This document shows positions 9,359 to 18,399 of a stretch of DNA of 56,069 nucleotides, in pieces. The position numbers and the translations under genes are program-made. The stretch comes from Gemmatimonadota bacterium (GTDB lineage Bacteria > Gemmatimonadota > Gemmatimonadetes > Gemmatimonadales > Gemmatimonadaceae). Positions within the stretch are counted from its first letter, which is position 1, and every line of letters begins with the position of its first letter. The DNA is taken from contig PLLD01000193.1 in assembly GCA_003141205.1 (NCBI GenBank), forward strand, positions 9,483 to 65,551, given 5' to 3'. Below the pieces are notes generated by a model that saw only the letters and a program-made list of their open reading frames with translations, made no database searches and had not been told where the DNA came from.

Positions 9359-11646
9359 GGCCGTCCGGCGGCCAGGAGATTCACGAAGAGCCGGGCGGCT
9401 CCGGGGACGCCGGCCGGAAGCTGCCGGAAAAAGGCGAGCGTCGTGTAGATGTACGTCCCCCGGCCGAGCGGGGTGACGAGGATCGTTCCGTCATTCGCGG
9501 GCTCGCCGGGATCGTTCATCGACAGCACGGCGTGATACTGCTTGTCGAACGTATGCGGCATGTACAGCGAGCGATCCTGGATCCAGCCGGCGAAATCCGC
9601 GTCCGTGATCCGGTTGGGCACCAGCAGGACGGGTGAGCGGGCGTCGAGCACGCGCACGGGCGCGTTTTCATCCGTGACCCGGTCGTGCGGACGGCTGAGC
9701 GTGATCGGATAGGGCATGAGGGCGCCATCGGTCATCTCATACTGGCCGTACTGCACCACCAGCGTGCCGCCCCGCCGGGCGTAGTCGAGCAGCCGCGCGT
9801 TGTTGGCGCGAAGGTCGGCGCTCGCTTCATACGCCCGGGGCCCCACCACGACCGTGTGGAACCGCGAGAGGTCCGTGGTGCCGAGCGTGGCGGGATCGAC
9901 GACCGTGACCCGCAGCCCGATCTGCTCGAGCGCCGGCTCGACATTGTCGCCCACACCCGGGATGTACGCGACGGAGAGATCGGCCGGCACCGTGATGTCG
10001 ACCGCGTGGAGGTCGATCGTCGCCGGACGGTACAGCTTCTGCGGCCGAATGTGGTCGTACTCGATCGGGATGTAGCCCGCCCCAAAGGTTTGCCCATCGC
10101 ACGTCACCGTCACGCTGAGCTGGGTGCTCCCGGCGCCGAGCGTCCCGTGGACGGGGACATCGACCCGCCGAACGCCGAAGGGCGCCAGCGTCATGTGCCA
10201 CGTGGCCGAGTCGGTCGCCAGACCCGTCGGCAGGTGCATCGACAGCGCGACGTCGCGCGGGCGCGGCGATCCCGAGCGGAGCAGGACGTGCAGCGTCCGA
10301 TCGACGCGCGCGCGAGCCGGGACGTACGCGACGACCTGGTCGAGCGTCACGGAGACCGTCGGCACGATGGCGAGCGGGCGGTCGACCTCTCCCCGAGTGG
10401 GGTCTCCGCTGCGGCGCTCCACCGGCACGTCGAGCGTGACCGGAGGATCGTCCATGTGAACGTGCTCCATGGGCGACGCAACACGCGCATCCTCCGCGAC
10501 CCGTGACACCGGCACGGTATACAGGTCGCCGGCCCGCGGCGTGGCCAGCCACCACGGGGCGGTCAAGTGCGCTCCGACGACCGGATGGACGGTCGTCGAC
10601 GCGAGATGGCCTGCGGCCACGACACGCACCGTATCCTCCGCGGTGTCACCCAGCGCGAGCTCGGCGCGGTCCGCGGCCGTCGTCACCACCACATCGTTCG
10701 CCACGGCGACAGCGCGTCGAAACCGGTCCGTCGCGCACGCCGTGCAATCGCCGGACGCCATGGAGCTGTCCGTGTCGAGGCCGTCGAAGACCGAGCGCTC
10801 CGCCTTGGGATCCGTGCCCGCGTTCACACGCGTGGCGTCGCGGCGCAGGTACCCCATGACCGGTCCCGCGGGTGGCACGATGCTGCCAAAGCCCTGGGAT
10901 CTGTGTTGGCTGCGCGCCCGCGCGGCGACCGCGGCGTACGACTCGTGGAGCAGGGTGCTGTACTCGCCGACGTCGATCGAGAGCGTCGCGTCCTCGCCGC
11001 CCCAGTACGACCGGTCCCGGTAGAACTTGGAGACCGTCCACGCCGGGCCGAAGCGAGCCACTGGAAAGCGGACGGTATCGCCGGATTGGTCGAACGCTTC
11101 ACGCGCCAGGATACCGGCCACCTGATGCTGTCCATGGCCATCGCGCGGCGTTCCGGAGAACACCGAGATGATGATCTGCGGGCGAAAGGCCCGAACGATC
11201 GTGACGACATCGTTCAGGACGGAATCGTGCGGCCAGTGCTGGAACGATTCCGCGGCGCTCTTCGAGAAGCCGAAGTCATACGCCCGCGTGAAATACTGAT
11301 GCGCGCCATCGATGCGACGGGCGGCGAGCAGCTCTTCGGTCCGCAGCACGCCGAGCGCCTCATCCAGCTCGTTGCCGATGAGGTTCTGCCCGCCTTCCCC
11401 CCGGTTCAGGGAGAGGTACGCGGTTTCGACGTGGCGACCCCGTGCGAACCACGCCAGCATGCGATTGTCTTCGTCGTCCGGGTGCGCCCCAATCATGAGA
11501 ACCCGCGCGCTCGATCCGAGGCCCGCGACCAGCTCACCGAGCGGCAGCCCGGTGCGTTCCTGCGCGACCGCGCGGCGCGGCAGGAGGGATCCGGCCGCCA
11601 GCGCGGCGAGGAGGATCGCCGCGCGGGGGCGGCGGCGCATCGGCAC
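9355..11646 (-). CDS. PIG-L/LmbE-family deacetylase with large C-terminal extension (class-I amidotransferase-like end)
   Basis: Signal peptide followed by the LmbE motif MIGAHPDDEDN. 763 aa in total. The C-terminal ThuA-like segment begins VVVGPRAYE...LVVQYGQ. Confidence 0.7.
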   Translation of the reverse strand: MPMRRRPRAAILLAALAAGSLLPRRAVAQERTGLPLGELVAGLGSSARVLMIGAHPDDEDNRMLAWFARGRHVETAYLSLNRGEGGQNLIGNELDEALGVLRTEELLAARRIDGAHQYFTRAYDFGFSKSAAESFQHWPHDSVLNDVVTIVRAFRPQIIISVFSGTPRDGHGQHQVAGILAREAFDQSGDTVRFPVARFGPAWTVSKFYRDRSYWGGEDATLSIDVGEYSTLLHESYAAVAARARSQHRSQGFGSIVPPAGPVMGYLRRDATRVNAGTDPKAERSVFDGLDTDSSMASGDCTACATDRFRRAVAVANDVVVTTAADRAELALGDTAEDTVRVVAAGHLASTTVHPVVGAHLTAPWWLATPRAGDLYTVPVSRVAEDARVASPMEHVHMDDPPVTLDVPVERRSGDPTRGEVDRPLAIVPTVSVTLDQVVAYVPARARVDRTLHVLLRSGSPRPRDVALSMHLPTGLATDSATWHMTLAPFGVRRVDVPVHGTLGAGSTQLSVTVTCDGQTFGAGYIPIEYDHIRPQKLYRPATIDLHAVDITVPADLSVAYIPGVGDNVEPALEQIGLRVTVVDPATLGTTDLSRFHTVVVGPRAYEASADLRANNARLLDYARRGGTLVVQYGQYEMTDGALMPYPITLSRPHDRVTDENAPVRVLDARSPVLLVPNRITDADFAGWIQDRSLYMPHTFDKQYHAVLSMNDPGEPANDGTILVTPLGRGTYIYTTLAFFRQLPAGVPGAARLFVNLLAAGRP

Positions 11647-11649
11647 GTC

Positions 11650-14508
11650 CTACGCGGGCGTGCCGAGCGCGGGCGCCGTCACCGTGGACCCCCGCGCAAC
11701 CGGCGGCGGCCCGCTCCCCGGCGGCAGCGGCTCGAGGACCTCCGCGACGATCCGGGCCTGCTGCTCCTGATGCGATGCCAGGTATCCCTCGGCGGGGCTC
11801 GCTCGCTCCGGGCGCCCGACATACCGCGGCGCGACACCGGAGGGTAGCTGCGCGCCGAGCCGCGGCGCCACGAAGGCCCACGCGCCCATGTTCTTCGGCT
11901 CTTCCTGCGCCCACACGACATCGGTGACGGCGGGGTAATGGTCGAGGATCCACGCGACCCCCTCGCTCGGCCACGGATACAGCTCCTCGATGCGCACGAG
12001 CGCGACATGCGGGGGGCGCTCCGGCGCACTGAGATCGTAGTAGACCTTTCCGCTGCAAAAGACGACGCGCCGCACCTCCTCGGCGCGCTCGGGGCCGGCG
12101 GATGCGATGGGATCATCGATCACGGAGAGGAAGTGCCCGTTCGCGAGGTCCGGAACCGAGGACGCGGCTCGATCGAGCCGCAGCAGGCTCTTGGGGGTGA
12201 AGAGCACGAGCGGGCGCCGCGGCCGCGCCAGGGCCTGGCGCCGCAGGATGTGGAAATACTGCGCGGCGGTCGTCGGGTACACGACGACCATGTTCCCCTC
12301 CGCGGAGAGCGACAGAAAGCGCTCGAGACGCGCGCTCGAGTGCTCGGGCCCCTGCCCCTCGTAGCCGTGCGGCAGAAGGAGCACGACTCCCGTGTCCTGC
12401 CCCCACTTCGCGTGGTCCGCGGCGATGAACTGGTCGATGATCGGCTGCGCGACGTTGGCGAAGTCCCCGTATTGCGCCTCCCACAGAACGAGCGTTTCCG
12501 GTGCCGCCGAGCTGTAGCCGTACTCGAACCCCAGCACCGCCGTCTCGGAGAGCGGACTATTGTAGATCTCGAACCGCGCGCCGCCGTCCACGTGCTGGAG
12601 CGGCGTGTACGTGGCGCCGGTCGTCACATCGTGCAGCACCGCGTGCCGCTGGGAGAACGTGCCGCGCTCGACATCCTGACCGGTGATCCGCACGGGGACC
12701 CCGTCGGTGAGCAGCGAGCCCCACGCCAGCGCCTCGGCGTGCCCCCAGTCGATGGCGCCGTGCGCGCCTTCCGCCGTGACCAGCGCGTCGCGACGCCGCG
12801 TGAGCTGGCGGGCGAGGCGGGGATGCACCGCGAAGTCCGCCGGCCAGTGCAACAGGCGCTCGTTGAGGACCGACAGGCGGTCGGCGGCCACCTGCGTCTC
12901 GAGGGGGCGCGGGGGACGCACGAGCGGTGCGCGGAGGGGATCGTGGGTGCGGGGCTGCGCGGCGTCGTTTCGCGCGCCAAACTCCTCCTGTATCGCCGCG
13001 AGGCGATCACCCACCGAGCGCTCGGCAGCTTCTACCTCCGCGGCCGTCATGACACCCTCCGCGACCAGCTGCGCTCCCCAGAGCGCCCGGACCGTGGGAT
13101 GCGCCTTGATGGCCGCCGCCTGCATCGGCTGCGTGAATGCTGGCTCATCCCCTTCATTGTGGCCGTACCGCCGGTACCCGACCAGATCGATCAGGAAGTC
13201 CTTGCCGAATTGGGCGCGGTACGCGACGGCGATCCGAACCGCGGTCACGCACGCCGCGGGGTTGTCGGCGTTGACGTGGATGATCGGAACGTCGTACCCC
13301 TTGGCGATGTCGCTCGCGTAGTGGGTCGAGCGTCCATCCATCGGGTCAGTCGTGAATCCGACCTGGTTGTTGACGATGAGATGCAGTGTGCCGCCGACGG
13401 CGTAGCCGCGCAACCGAGAAAGGTTGAACGTCTCGGAGACGACCCCTTCTCCCGGGAACGCCGCATCGCCGTGCACGCAGACCGGGATCACCCGCTGGGT
13501 CGCGAGGGCCGCGCCGTCGCGCTCGAAAGCCCGCGCCAATCCCGCGAGCACGGGATTGACGAACTCGAGATGGCTGGGGTTGGGGGCGAGCCGGACCTCC
13601 ACCGTTCGGCCATCCTCGAGCACCCGCCTCCCGGTGAACCCGAGGTGGTATTTCACGTCCCCGGTCCCGCTATCGGGGTCGCGCCCTGCGGGCTTCCCGG
13701 TGAACTCCGCCAGGATCGCCGCGTACGACTTTCCGAGGATGTGCGCCAGGGTATTCAGCCGCCCGCGATGCGCCATGGCGATCACGACGCGCTCGGCTCC
13801 GGCGGCGGCCCCTTCGGTCAGAACGGTGTCGAGCATCGGCACGAGCGCATCGGTGCCTTCGATGGAGAACCGCTTGGCCGTCGGGAAGGCGCGCCCGATG
13901 AACCGCTCGAGGCCATCGACCTCCGTCAGCCGGAGCAGAACCGCCTTTTTCTCCTCCGGCGTCAGGGAGCGCGTGAGCTCCTCCGCCGTGAGCACCCGAC
14001 GGAACCATTTGCGCTCGGCTTCCGCCGCGAGGTGCGTGACCTCGATCCCGAGGGCTGTCGTGTAGCGGAGGCGGAGGCGGCGGGCGACATCGGCCACGGT
14101 GGCCATGTGCGGGAAACCGACGACGCTGCCCGGAATCAGATCGAGATCGGCTTCCGTGATGCCATGAAATTCCGGCGTGAGCTCCGCGGCGCCCAGCGGT
14201 GGGGCTCCGAGCGGGTCGAGCGGGACGGCAAAGTGCCCGTATTGGCGGATCGCCTGCATGAAGGCGCCCGCACCGGCCGCCTTCTTGAGCAGCGCCGCCG
14301 CGACGTTCGGGGCTGACGTGGGGACGACCGGGACGCTGGTGCCTCCGGACGTCCCCGTGAGGCGTTCCGCCAAACCGAAGAATTCGCGCCACGACGTATC
14401 CACCGACGCGGGATCGCGCCGGAAGGCATCGTAGAGATCGGCCACGTAGGCATCGTTGAACGAGCCGCTGACCGGTAGTCCGCGGCTCGCCGAATCGGCA
14501 TCGGACAT
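11650..14508 (-). CDS. sucA: 2-oxoglutarate dehydrogenase E1 component
   Basis: 952 aa. The N-terminus is SFNDAYVADLYDAFRRDP. The ThDP region contains HRGRLN and GDAAFPGEG. Confidence 0.92.
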   Translation of the reverse strand: MSDADSASRGLPVSGSFNDAYVADLYDAFRRDPASVDTSWREFFGLAERLTGTSGGTSVPVVPTSAPNVAAALLKKAAGAGAFMQAIRQYGHFAVPLDPLGAPPLGAAELTPEFHGITEADLDLIPGSVVGFPHMATVADVARRLRLRYTTALGIEVTHLAAEAERKWFRRVLTAEELTRSLTPEEKKAVLLRLTEVDGLERFIGRAFPTAKRFSIEGTDALVPMLDTVLTEGAAAGAERVVIAMAHRGRLNTLAHILGKSYAAILAEFTGKPAGRDPDSGTGDVKYHLGFTGRRVLEDGRTVEVRLAPNPSHLEFVNPVLAGLARAFERDGAALATQRVIPVCVHGDAAFPGEGVVSETFNLSRLRGYAVGGTLHLIVNNQVGFTTDPMDGRSTHYASDIAKGYDVPIIHVNADNPAACVTAVRIAVAYRAQFGKDFLIDLVGYRRYGHNEGDEPAFTQPMQAAAIKAHPTVRALWGAQLVAEGVMTAAEVEAAERSVGDRLAAIQEEFGARNDAAQPRTHDPLRAPLVRPPRPLETQVAADRLSVLNERLLHWPADFAVHPRLARQLTRRRDALVTAEGAHGAIDWGHAEALAWGSLLTDGVPVRITGQDVERGTFSQRHAVLHDVTTGATYTPLQHVDGGARFEIYNSPLSETAVLGFEYGYSSAAPETLVLWEAQYGDFANVAQPIIDQFIAADHAKWGQDTGVVLLLPHGYEGQGPEHSSARLERFLSLSAEGNMVVVYPTTAAQYFHILRRQALARPRRPLVLFTPKSLLRLDRAASSVPDLANGHFLSVIDDPIASAGPERAEEVRRVVFCSGKVYYDLSAPERPPHVALVRIEELYPWPSEGVAWILDHYPAVTDVVWAQEEPKNMGAWAFVAPRLGAQLPSGVAPRYVGRPERASPAEGYLASHQEQQARIVAEVLEPLPPGSGPPPVARGSTVTAPALGTPA

Positions 14509-14520
14509 GACCGTAATCTA
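14509..14520 (-). promoter_or_regulatory. -10-like TAGATT box 6 nt upstream of the sucA ATG (candidate leaderless promoter)
   Basis: The minus strand reads TAGATT-acggtc-ATG. The TAG is also the stop codon of the upstream methyltransferase. Confidence 0.4.
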
Positions 14521-15714
14521 AAGGTGGCCGGCACCGGCGGAGCCCGGAACGCGCGCGACGAGAATGTCGACCGGGAGCCCGCCGTGAGTGGTGTGCAGCT
14601 GCGGGGTGAACGGAAGGCCGGTATGTCCGGCCAGCATCCGATCGCCGGAGAGAATCGCGACGGTCCACCCGGCGCACCGCGTGCGCGCGACGTCACCCAA
14701 CCGCGCGTACAGATCGCGGAGGCCCTCCCGTTCGCCGATCCGCACCCCGTACGGCGGATTCGTGACGAGCCACCCGGGCCCCGCGGGCGGGGCGAGGGCC
14801 GAGAGCGGCCGCACGGCGAGCTCGATGTCCTGGCTAACCTCCGCACGCTCCGCGTTGGCCTCCGCCGCCGCGACGGCACCCGCGTCGCGATCGGACGCAT
14901 GGATGCGCGGCGTGCCGGCCACGGGGATCCGCTCGCGCGTCCGGGCCTCCGCTACCACGCCGGCCCACGCCTCCGGGACGAACTCGGGCCAGCGCTCGAA
15001 TGCGAAGGTTCGCCCCAAGCCGGGCGCCCGGCCGCGCGCGATCAGCGCCGCTTCGATGGCGATCGTTCCCGCGCCGCACATGGGATCGACCAGAGGCGCC
15101 GACCCCGCGGCATCCCAGTCGCTCGCGAGCAGCAGCGCCGCCGCGAGAGTCTCCCGCACGGGGGCCTTCGCGGTGGCGCGACGGTATCCGCGGCGGTGCA
15201 GCAGCGCGCCCGAGGAGTCGACGCTGACGGTGCAGTGGTCCCGCACGAGGCGAACGACCACGATCTGCGCAGCCACGTCGGCCGCATCCGCGCCGTCGTC
15301 TTCGCCGCGTGCGGCGGCAGTGCGAGCGCCCGTCGCGGCCGCCATCACGCGCATCACCCGCTCGGCGACTGCATCGGAATGATACAGGCGGGATTTTCGG
15401 CACGTCACGCGCACGTGGACTGGCACATCCGCGCTCAGGAATCGCTCCCACGGGAGCCGGGCGGCGCGGCGCTCGAGCTCATAAAAGGCGCTCGCGCGAA
15501 ACGCCCCGATGCGCACGAGGACGCGGCTCGCGACGCGCGACCAGAGGTTCGCGGCGTAGAGCGCGGACGCGGATCCGGTGAAGTTGACCCCGTCGTGCTC
15601 GACATCGGCGACCGTGACGCCGATCGTCGACAGCTCGCGGGCGACGAGTGGTGCGAGCCCGGGAGCTGTCGACGCGAAGCACACGTATCCGCCCTCGGGC
15701 GTGCGTTCCTGCAT
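14518..15714 (-). CDS. THUMP-domain class I SAM-dependent RNA methyltransferase (RlmL/Trm-like)
   Basis: N-terminal THUMP-like region, an AdoMet-binding motif DPMCGAGT, and the catalytic motif TNPPYG. Confidence 0.8.
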   Translation of the reverse strand: MQERTPEGGYVCFASTAPGLAPLVARELSTIGVTVADVEHDGVNFTGSASALYAANLWSRVASRVLVRIGAFRASAFYELERRAARLPWERFLSADVPVHVRVTCRKSRLYHSDAVAERVMRVMAAATGARTAAARGEDDGADAADVAAQIVVVRLVRDHCTVSVDSSGALLHRRGYRRATAKAPVRETLAAALLLASDWDAAGSAPLVDPMCGAGTIAIEAALIARGRAPGLGRTFAFERWPEFVPEAWAGVVAEARTRERIPVAGTPRIHASDRDAGAVAAAEANAERAEVSQDIELAVRPLSALAPPAGPGWLVTNPPYGVRIGEREGLRDLYARLGDVARTRCAGWTVAILSGDRMLAGHTGLPFTPQLHTTHGGLPVDILVARVPGSAGAGHL

Positions 15715-15718
15715 CCGT

Positions 15719-15724
15719 TAGATT
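15719..15724 (+). promoter_or_regulatory. -10-like TAGATT box 7 nt upstream of the recQ GTG
   Basis: TAGATT-tctaccg-GTG. It lies in the 17-nt gap between the divergent methyltransferase and recQ. Confidence 0.35.
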
Positions 15725-15731
15725 TCTACCG

Positions 15732-17273
15732 GTGAGTGACTTCCTGCCAGTCTCGCCCGGGATCTCGCGTTCGCCGGCCAGGGAAGCCTCCGTCGCGGCC
15801 CTGCTCGGGGAGCGCTTCGGGCACACGGCGTTCAACCCCGGTCAGCAGGAGTCCATCCGCGCCGTGCTGCTCGGACGCGACGCGGTGGTGGTGATGCCGA
15901 CCGGCAGCGGCAAGTCGCTCATCTATCAGCTTCCCGCGCTCATATTGCCCGGGCTCACGGTCGTGGTGAGCCCTCTCATCGCGCTCATGAAGGACCAGCA
16001 GGACAAGATGGTGGCGCAGGGCGTCGGCGCGCTCGCCGTCCATTCGCACCTCACGGACGCGCAGTCGCGCGAGGCCGCGCGCCGGATCGCGTCGGGCGAG
16101 GGGGACATCCTCTACGTGACGCCCGAGCGCTTCAAGGACCGCGCGTTCTTCGCCGGCCTGCTCGGGCGTCCGATCAGTCTGTTCGTCGTCGACGAGGCGC
16201 ATTGCGTGAGCCAGTGGGGCCACGATTTCCGTCCGGATTATCTGACGCTGCACTCGATCGCCGAGCGCCTGGGGCGACCGCCGATCCTGGCGTTGACTGC
16301 GACGGCGACCGTCGACGTGCGCGCCGACATCGCGCGCCAGCTCGGCATGCGCGACCCGTTCGTCGCGGTCATGGGGTTCGCGCGCCCCAATCTTCGCTTC
16401 GAGGTGCGCCGCACGGTCAACGTGGTGGAGAAGGATGCGGCGGTCCGCGAGATCCTGGCAGGGGCGCACGCGACCCGCGGCGCGGGAATCGTCTACGTCG
16501 CGACGGTGAAGGAGGCCGAGCGCCTCTACGCGCAGCTCGCCGAGGATTTTCCGGTGGCCATGTATCACGGCAAGATGCCGACGGCGGAACGTCGCGCGTC
16601 GCAGGACGCCTTCATGGCGCACCAGCGGTGCGCCATGATTGCGACGAACGCGTTCGGCTTGGGGATCGACAAGCGCGATCTGCGTTTCGTGGTGCATTAC
16701 CATTTCCCCGGATCGATCGAGTCGTACTATCAGGAAGCGGGACGCGCCGGGCGCGATGGATTGCCGGCCGTCTGCACGATGCTCTATCGCGTCGAGGACC
16801 GGCGCATCCAGTCCTATTTCCTCGGCCACCGATATCCCGAAGTCGCCGAGGCGGCCCGCGTCGCGCTCGTGCTCGAGCGATATCCGGAAGACGCCGTGGT
16901 GCCGCTCGAGACGATCGCCGAGCAGGCGGGCGTCGCGCAACGCAAGGCGCGCGTCGTCTTCCAGCTGCTGAAGCGGCACGGGGTGGTCCGCGAGCACCGC
17001 AACGCCCGCTGGCAGCGTCTGGCGTCCCACCTCACGCGGGTGGATCTCAGCGCGGATCTCATCGACTACGACGACCGGCGCGCGCGGGACCAGGCCAAGT
17101 TGCGGTCGATCATCCACTTCTGTCAGACGACGGGCTGCCGCACCCGGGTCATCCTCGAGTATTTCGGCGAAGACGTCCCGCCCGACTGGGGCTGCATGGC
17201 CTGCGACGGGTGCGATGCAGGGCGCGCGGCCGCCGCCCGGGTCGCGGCGCGCCGCTCCCCCGCCGCCGCGTAG
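15732..17273 (+). CDS. recQ: ATP-dependent DNA helicase RecQ
   Basis: MPTGSGKS, DEAH box VVDEAHCVSQWGHDFRPDY, and a Zn-finger C-x-C cluster (FCQTTGCR..CMACDGCD). The GTG at 15732 is in frame with ORF 15648..17273 and avoids overlapping the divergent gene. Confidence 0.88.
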   Translation: MSDFLPVSPGISRSPAREASVAALLGERFGHTAFNPGQQESIRAVLLGRDAVVVMPTGSGKSLIYQLPALILPGLTVVVSPLIALMKDQQDKMVAQGVGALAVHSHLTDAQSREAARRIASGEGDILYVTPERFKDRAFFAGLLGRPISLFVVDEAHCVSQWGHDFRPDYLTLHSIAERLGRPPILALTATATVDVRADIARQLGMRDPFVAVMGFARPNLRFEVRRTVNVVEKDAAVREILAGAHATRGAGIVYVATVKEAERLYAQLAEDFPVAMYHGKMPTAERRASQDAFMAHQRCAMIATNAFGLGIDKRDLRFVVHYHFPGSIESYYQEAGRAGRDGLPAVCTMLYRVEDRRIQSYFLGHRYPEVAEAARVALVLERYPEDAVVPLETIAEQAGVAQRKARVVFQLLKRHGVVREHRNARWQRLASHLTRVDLSADLIDYDDRRARDQAKLRSIIHFCQTTGCRTRVILEYFGEDVPPDWGCMACDGCDAGRAAAARVAARRSPAAA

Positions 17274-17313
17274 CGGAACGCCGTCGCTGTACGGCGCGCG
17301 GCACCCCCCGCGC

Positions 17314-17319
17314 TAGATT
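17314..17319 (+). promoter_or_regulatory. -10-like TAGATT box 6 nt upstream of the mscS-family GTG
   Basis: TAGATT-ggccgt-GTG. Confidence 0.35.
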
Positions 17320-17325
17320 GGCCGT

Positions 17326-18399
17326 GTGTCCGTCCTCGCTGCCCTTGTCACCGTGAAAGACCCGCTCGCCTGGCAGCTGTACCAGAACACGATCGCCGAA
17401 TGGCTCACCGCGCTGGCGATCGCCGTCGGTACCGTGGCGGCCATTCTCACGCTCCGGCGGTTCGCCGGCCGGCGGCTGCTCGCCACGGCGCTGCGTACCG
17501 TGGGCGCGGCGCGGGACGCGGACGAGCTGGCGGCCGACATCGTCCGCCGGATACGCGTCTGGTTCATCAGCATCCTCGCGCTGGCCCTCGGGCGGCTCGT
17601 GCTCACGCTGCCGCCCCGCTGGGATCGCACCCTCGATGTGGTCTTCATCGTTGGCCTGCTGCTGCAGGTGGCGAGTTGGGCGAACGGGCTCATCACGCAC
17701 ACGGTCAATCACTACGCCGCGTTGCGGACCACGCCGAGCGACGACGGGCCGCCCACCGGTCCCTCCGCCGCGACGGTCCTCGCGCTCACGTTCATGGCGC
17801 GGATCGTCCTCTGGATGATCCTGGGGCTGATCGCGCTCGACAATCTCGGCATTCACATCACGACGCTGATCGCGGGCCTCGGGATCAGCGGGATCGCGGT
17901 GGCGCTCGCCGTCCAGAACATCCTCGGCGATCTGTTCGCGGCGCTCGCCATCGTGCTCGACAAGCCGTTCGTGGTGGGGGATGGGATCACCGTCGACGCC
18001 TTCAGCGGAACGGTCGAGCGGATCGGTCTCAAGACGACGCGCGTGCGCGGGCCGACGGGAGAAGAGATCATCTTCTCGAACGCCGACCTGCTCAAGAGCC
18101 GGATCCGCAACATGCAGCGTCTGCAGGCGCGCACGGTCGTGCTGACGCTCGCGCTCGACGGCAGTACGCCCGCGGACCAGCTCGCCCCCTTCCCCGTCCT
18201 GGTTCGCGAGGTCATCACCGCTCAGCCCCAGGTGCGATTCGAGCGCGCGCACCTGACCGCGATCACGAAGGGGGACGTGGGCTTCGAGGCCGTCTACGTG
18301 GTGCTCACCCAGGACTACGTCGCCTTCCTCGATGCACAGCAGGGGATCACGCTGGGTGTGCTGGAGCGGTGCCGCCAACAGGGGCTGCGACTCGTGTAA
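17326..18399 (+). CDS. Mechanosensitive ion channel (MscS family)
   Basis: N-terminal TM helices followed by the MscS core GLGISGIAVALAVQNILGDLFAA..DKPFVVGDGITV. Confidence 0.85.
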   Translation: MSVLAALVTVKDPLAWQLYQNTIAEWLTALAIAVGTVAAILTLRRFAGRRLLATALRTVGAARDADELAADIVRRIRVWFISILALALGRLVLTLPPRWDRTLDVVFIVGLLLQVASWANGLITHTVNHYAALRTTPSDDGPPTGPSAATVLALTFMARIVLWMILGLIALDNLGIHITTLIAGLGISGIAVALAVQNILGDLFAALAIVLDKPFVVGDGITVDAFSGTVERIGLKTTRVRGPTGEEIIFSNADLLKSRIRNMQRLQARTVVLTLALDGSTPADQLAPFPVLVREVITAQPQVRFERAHLTAITKGDVGFEAVYVVLTQDYVAFLDAQQGITLGVLERCRQQGLRLV

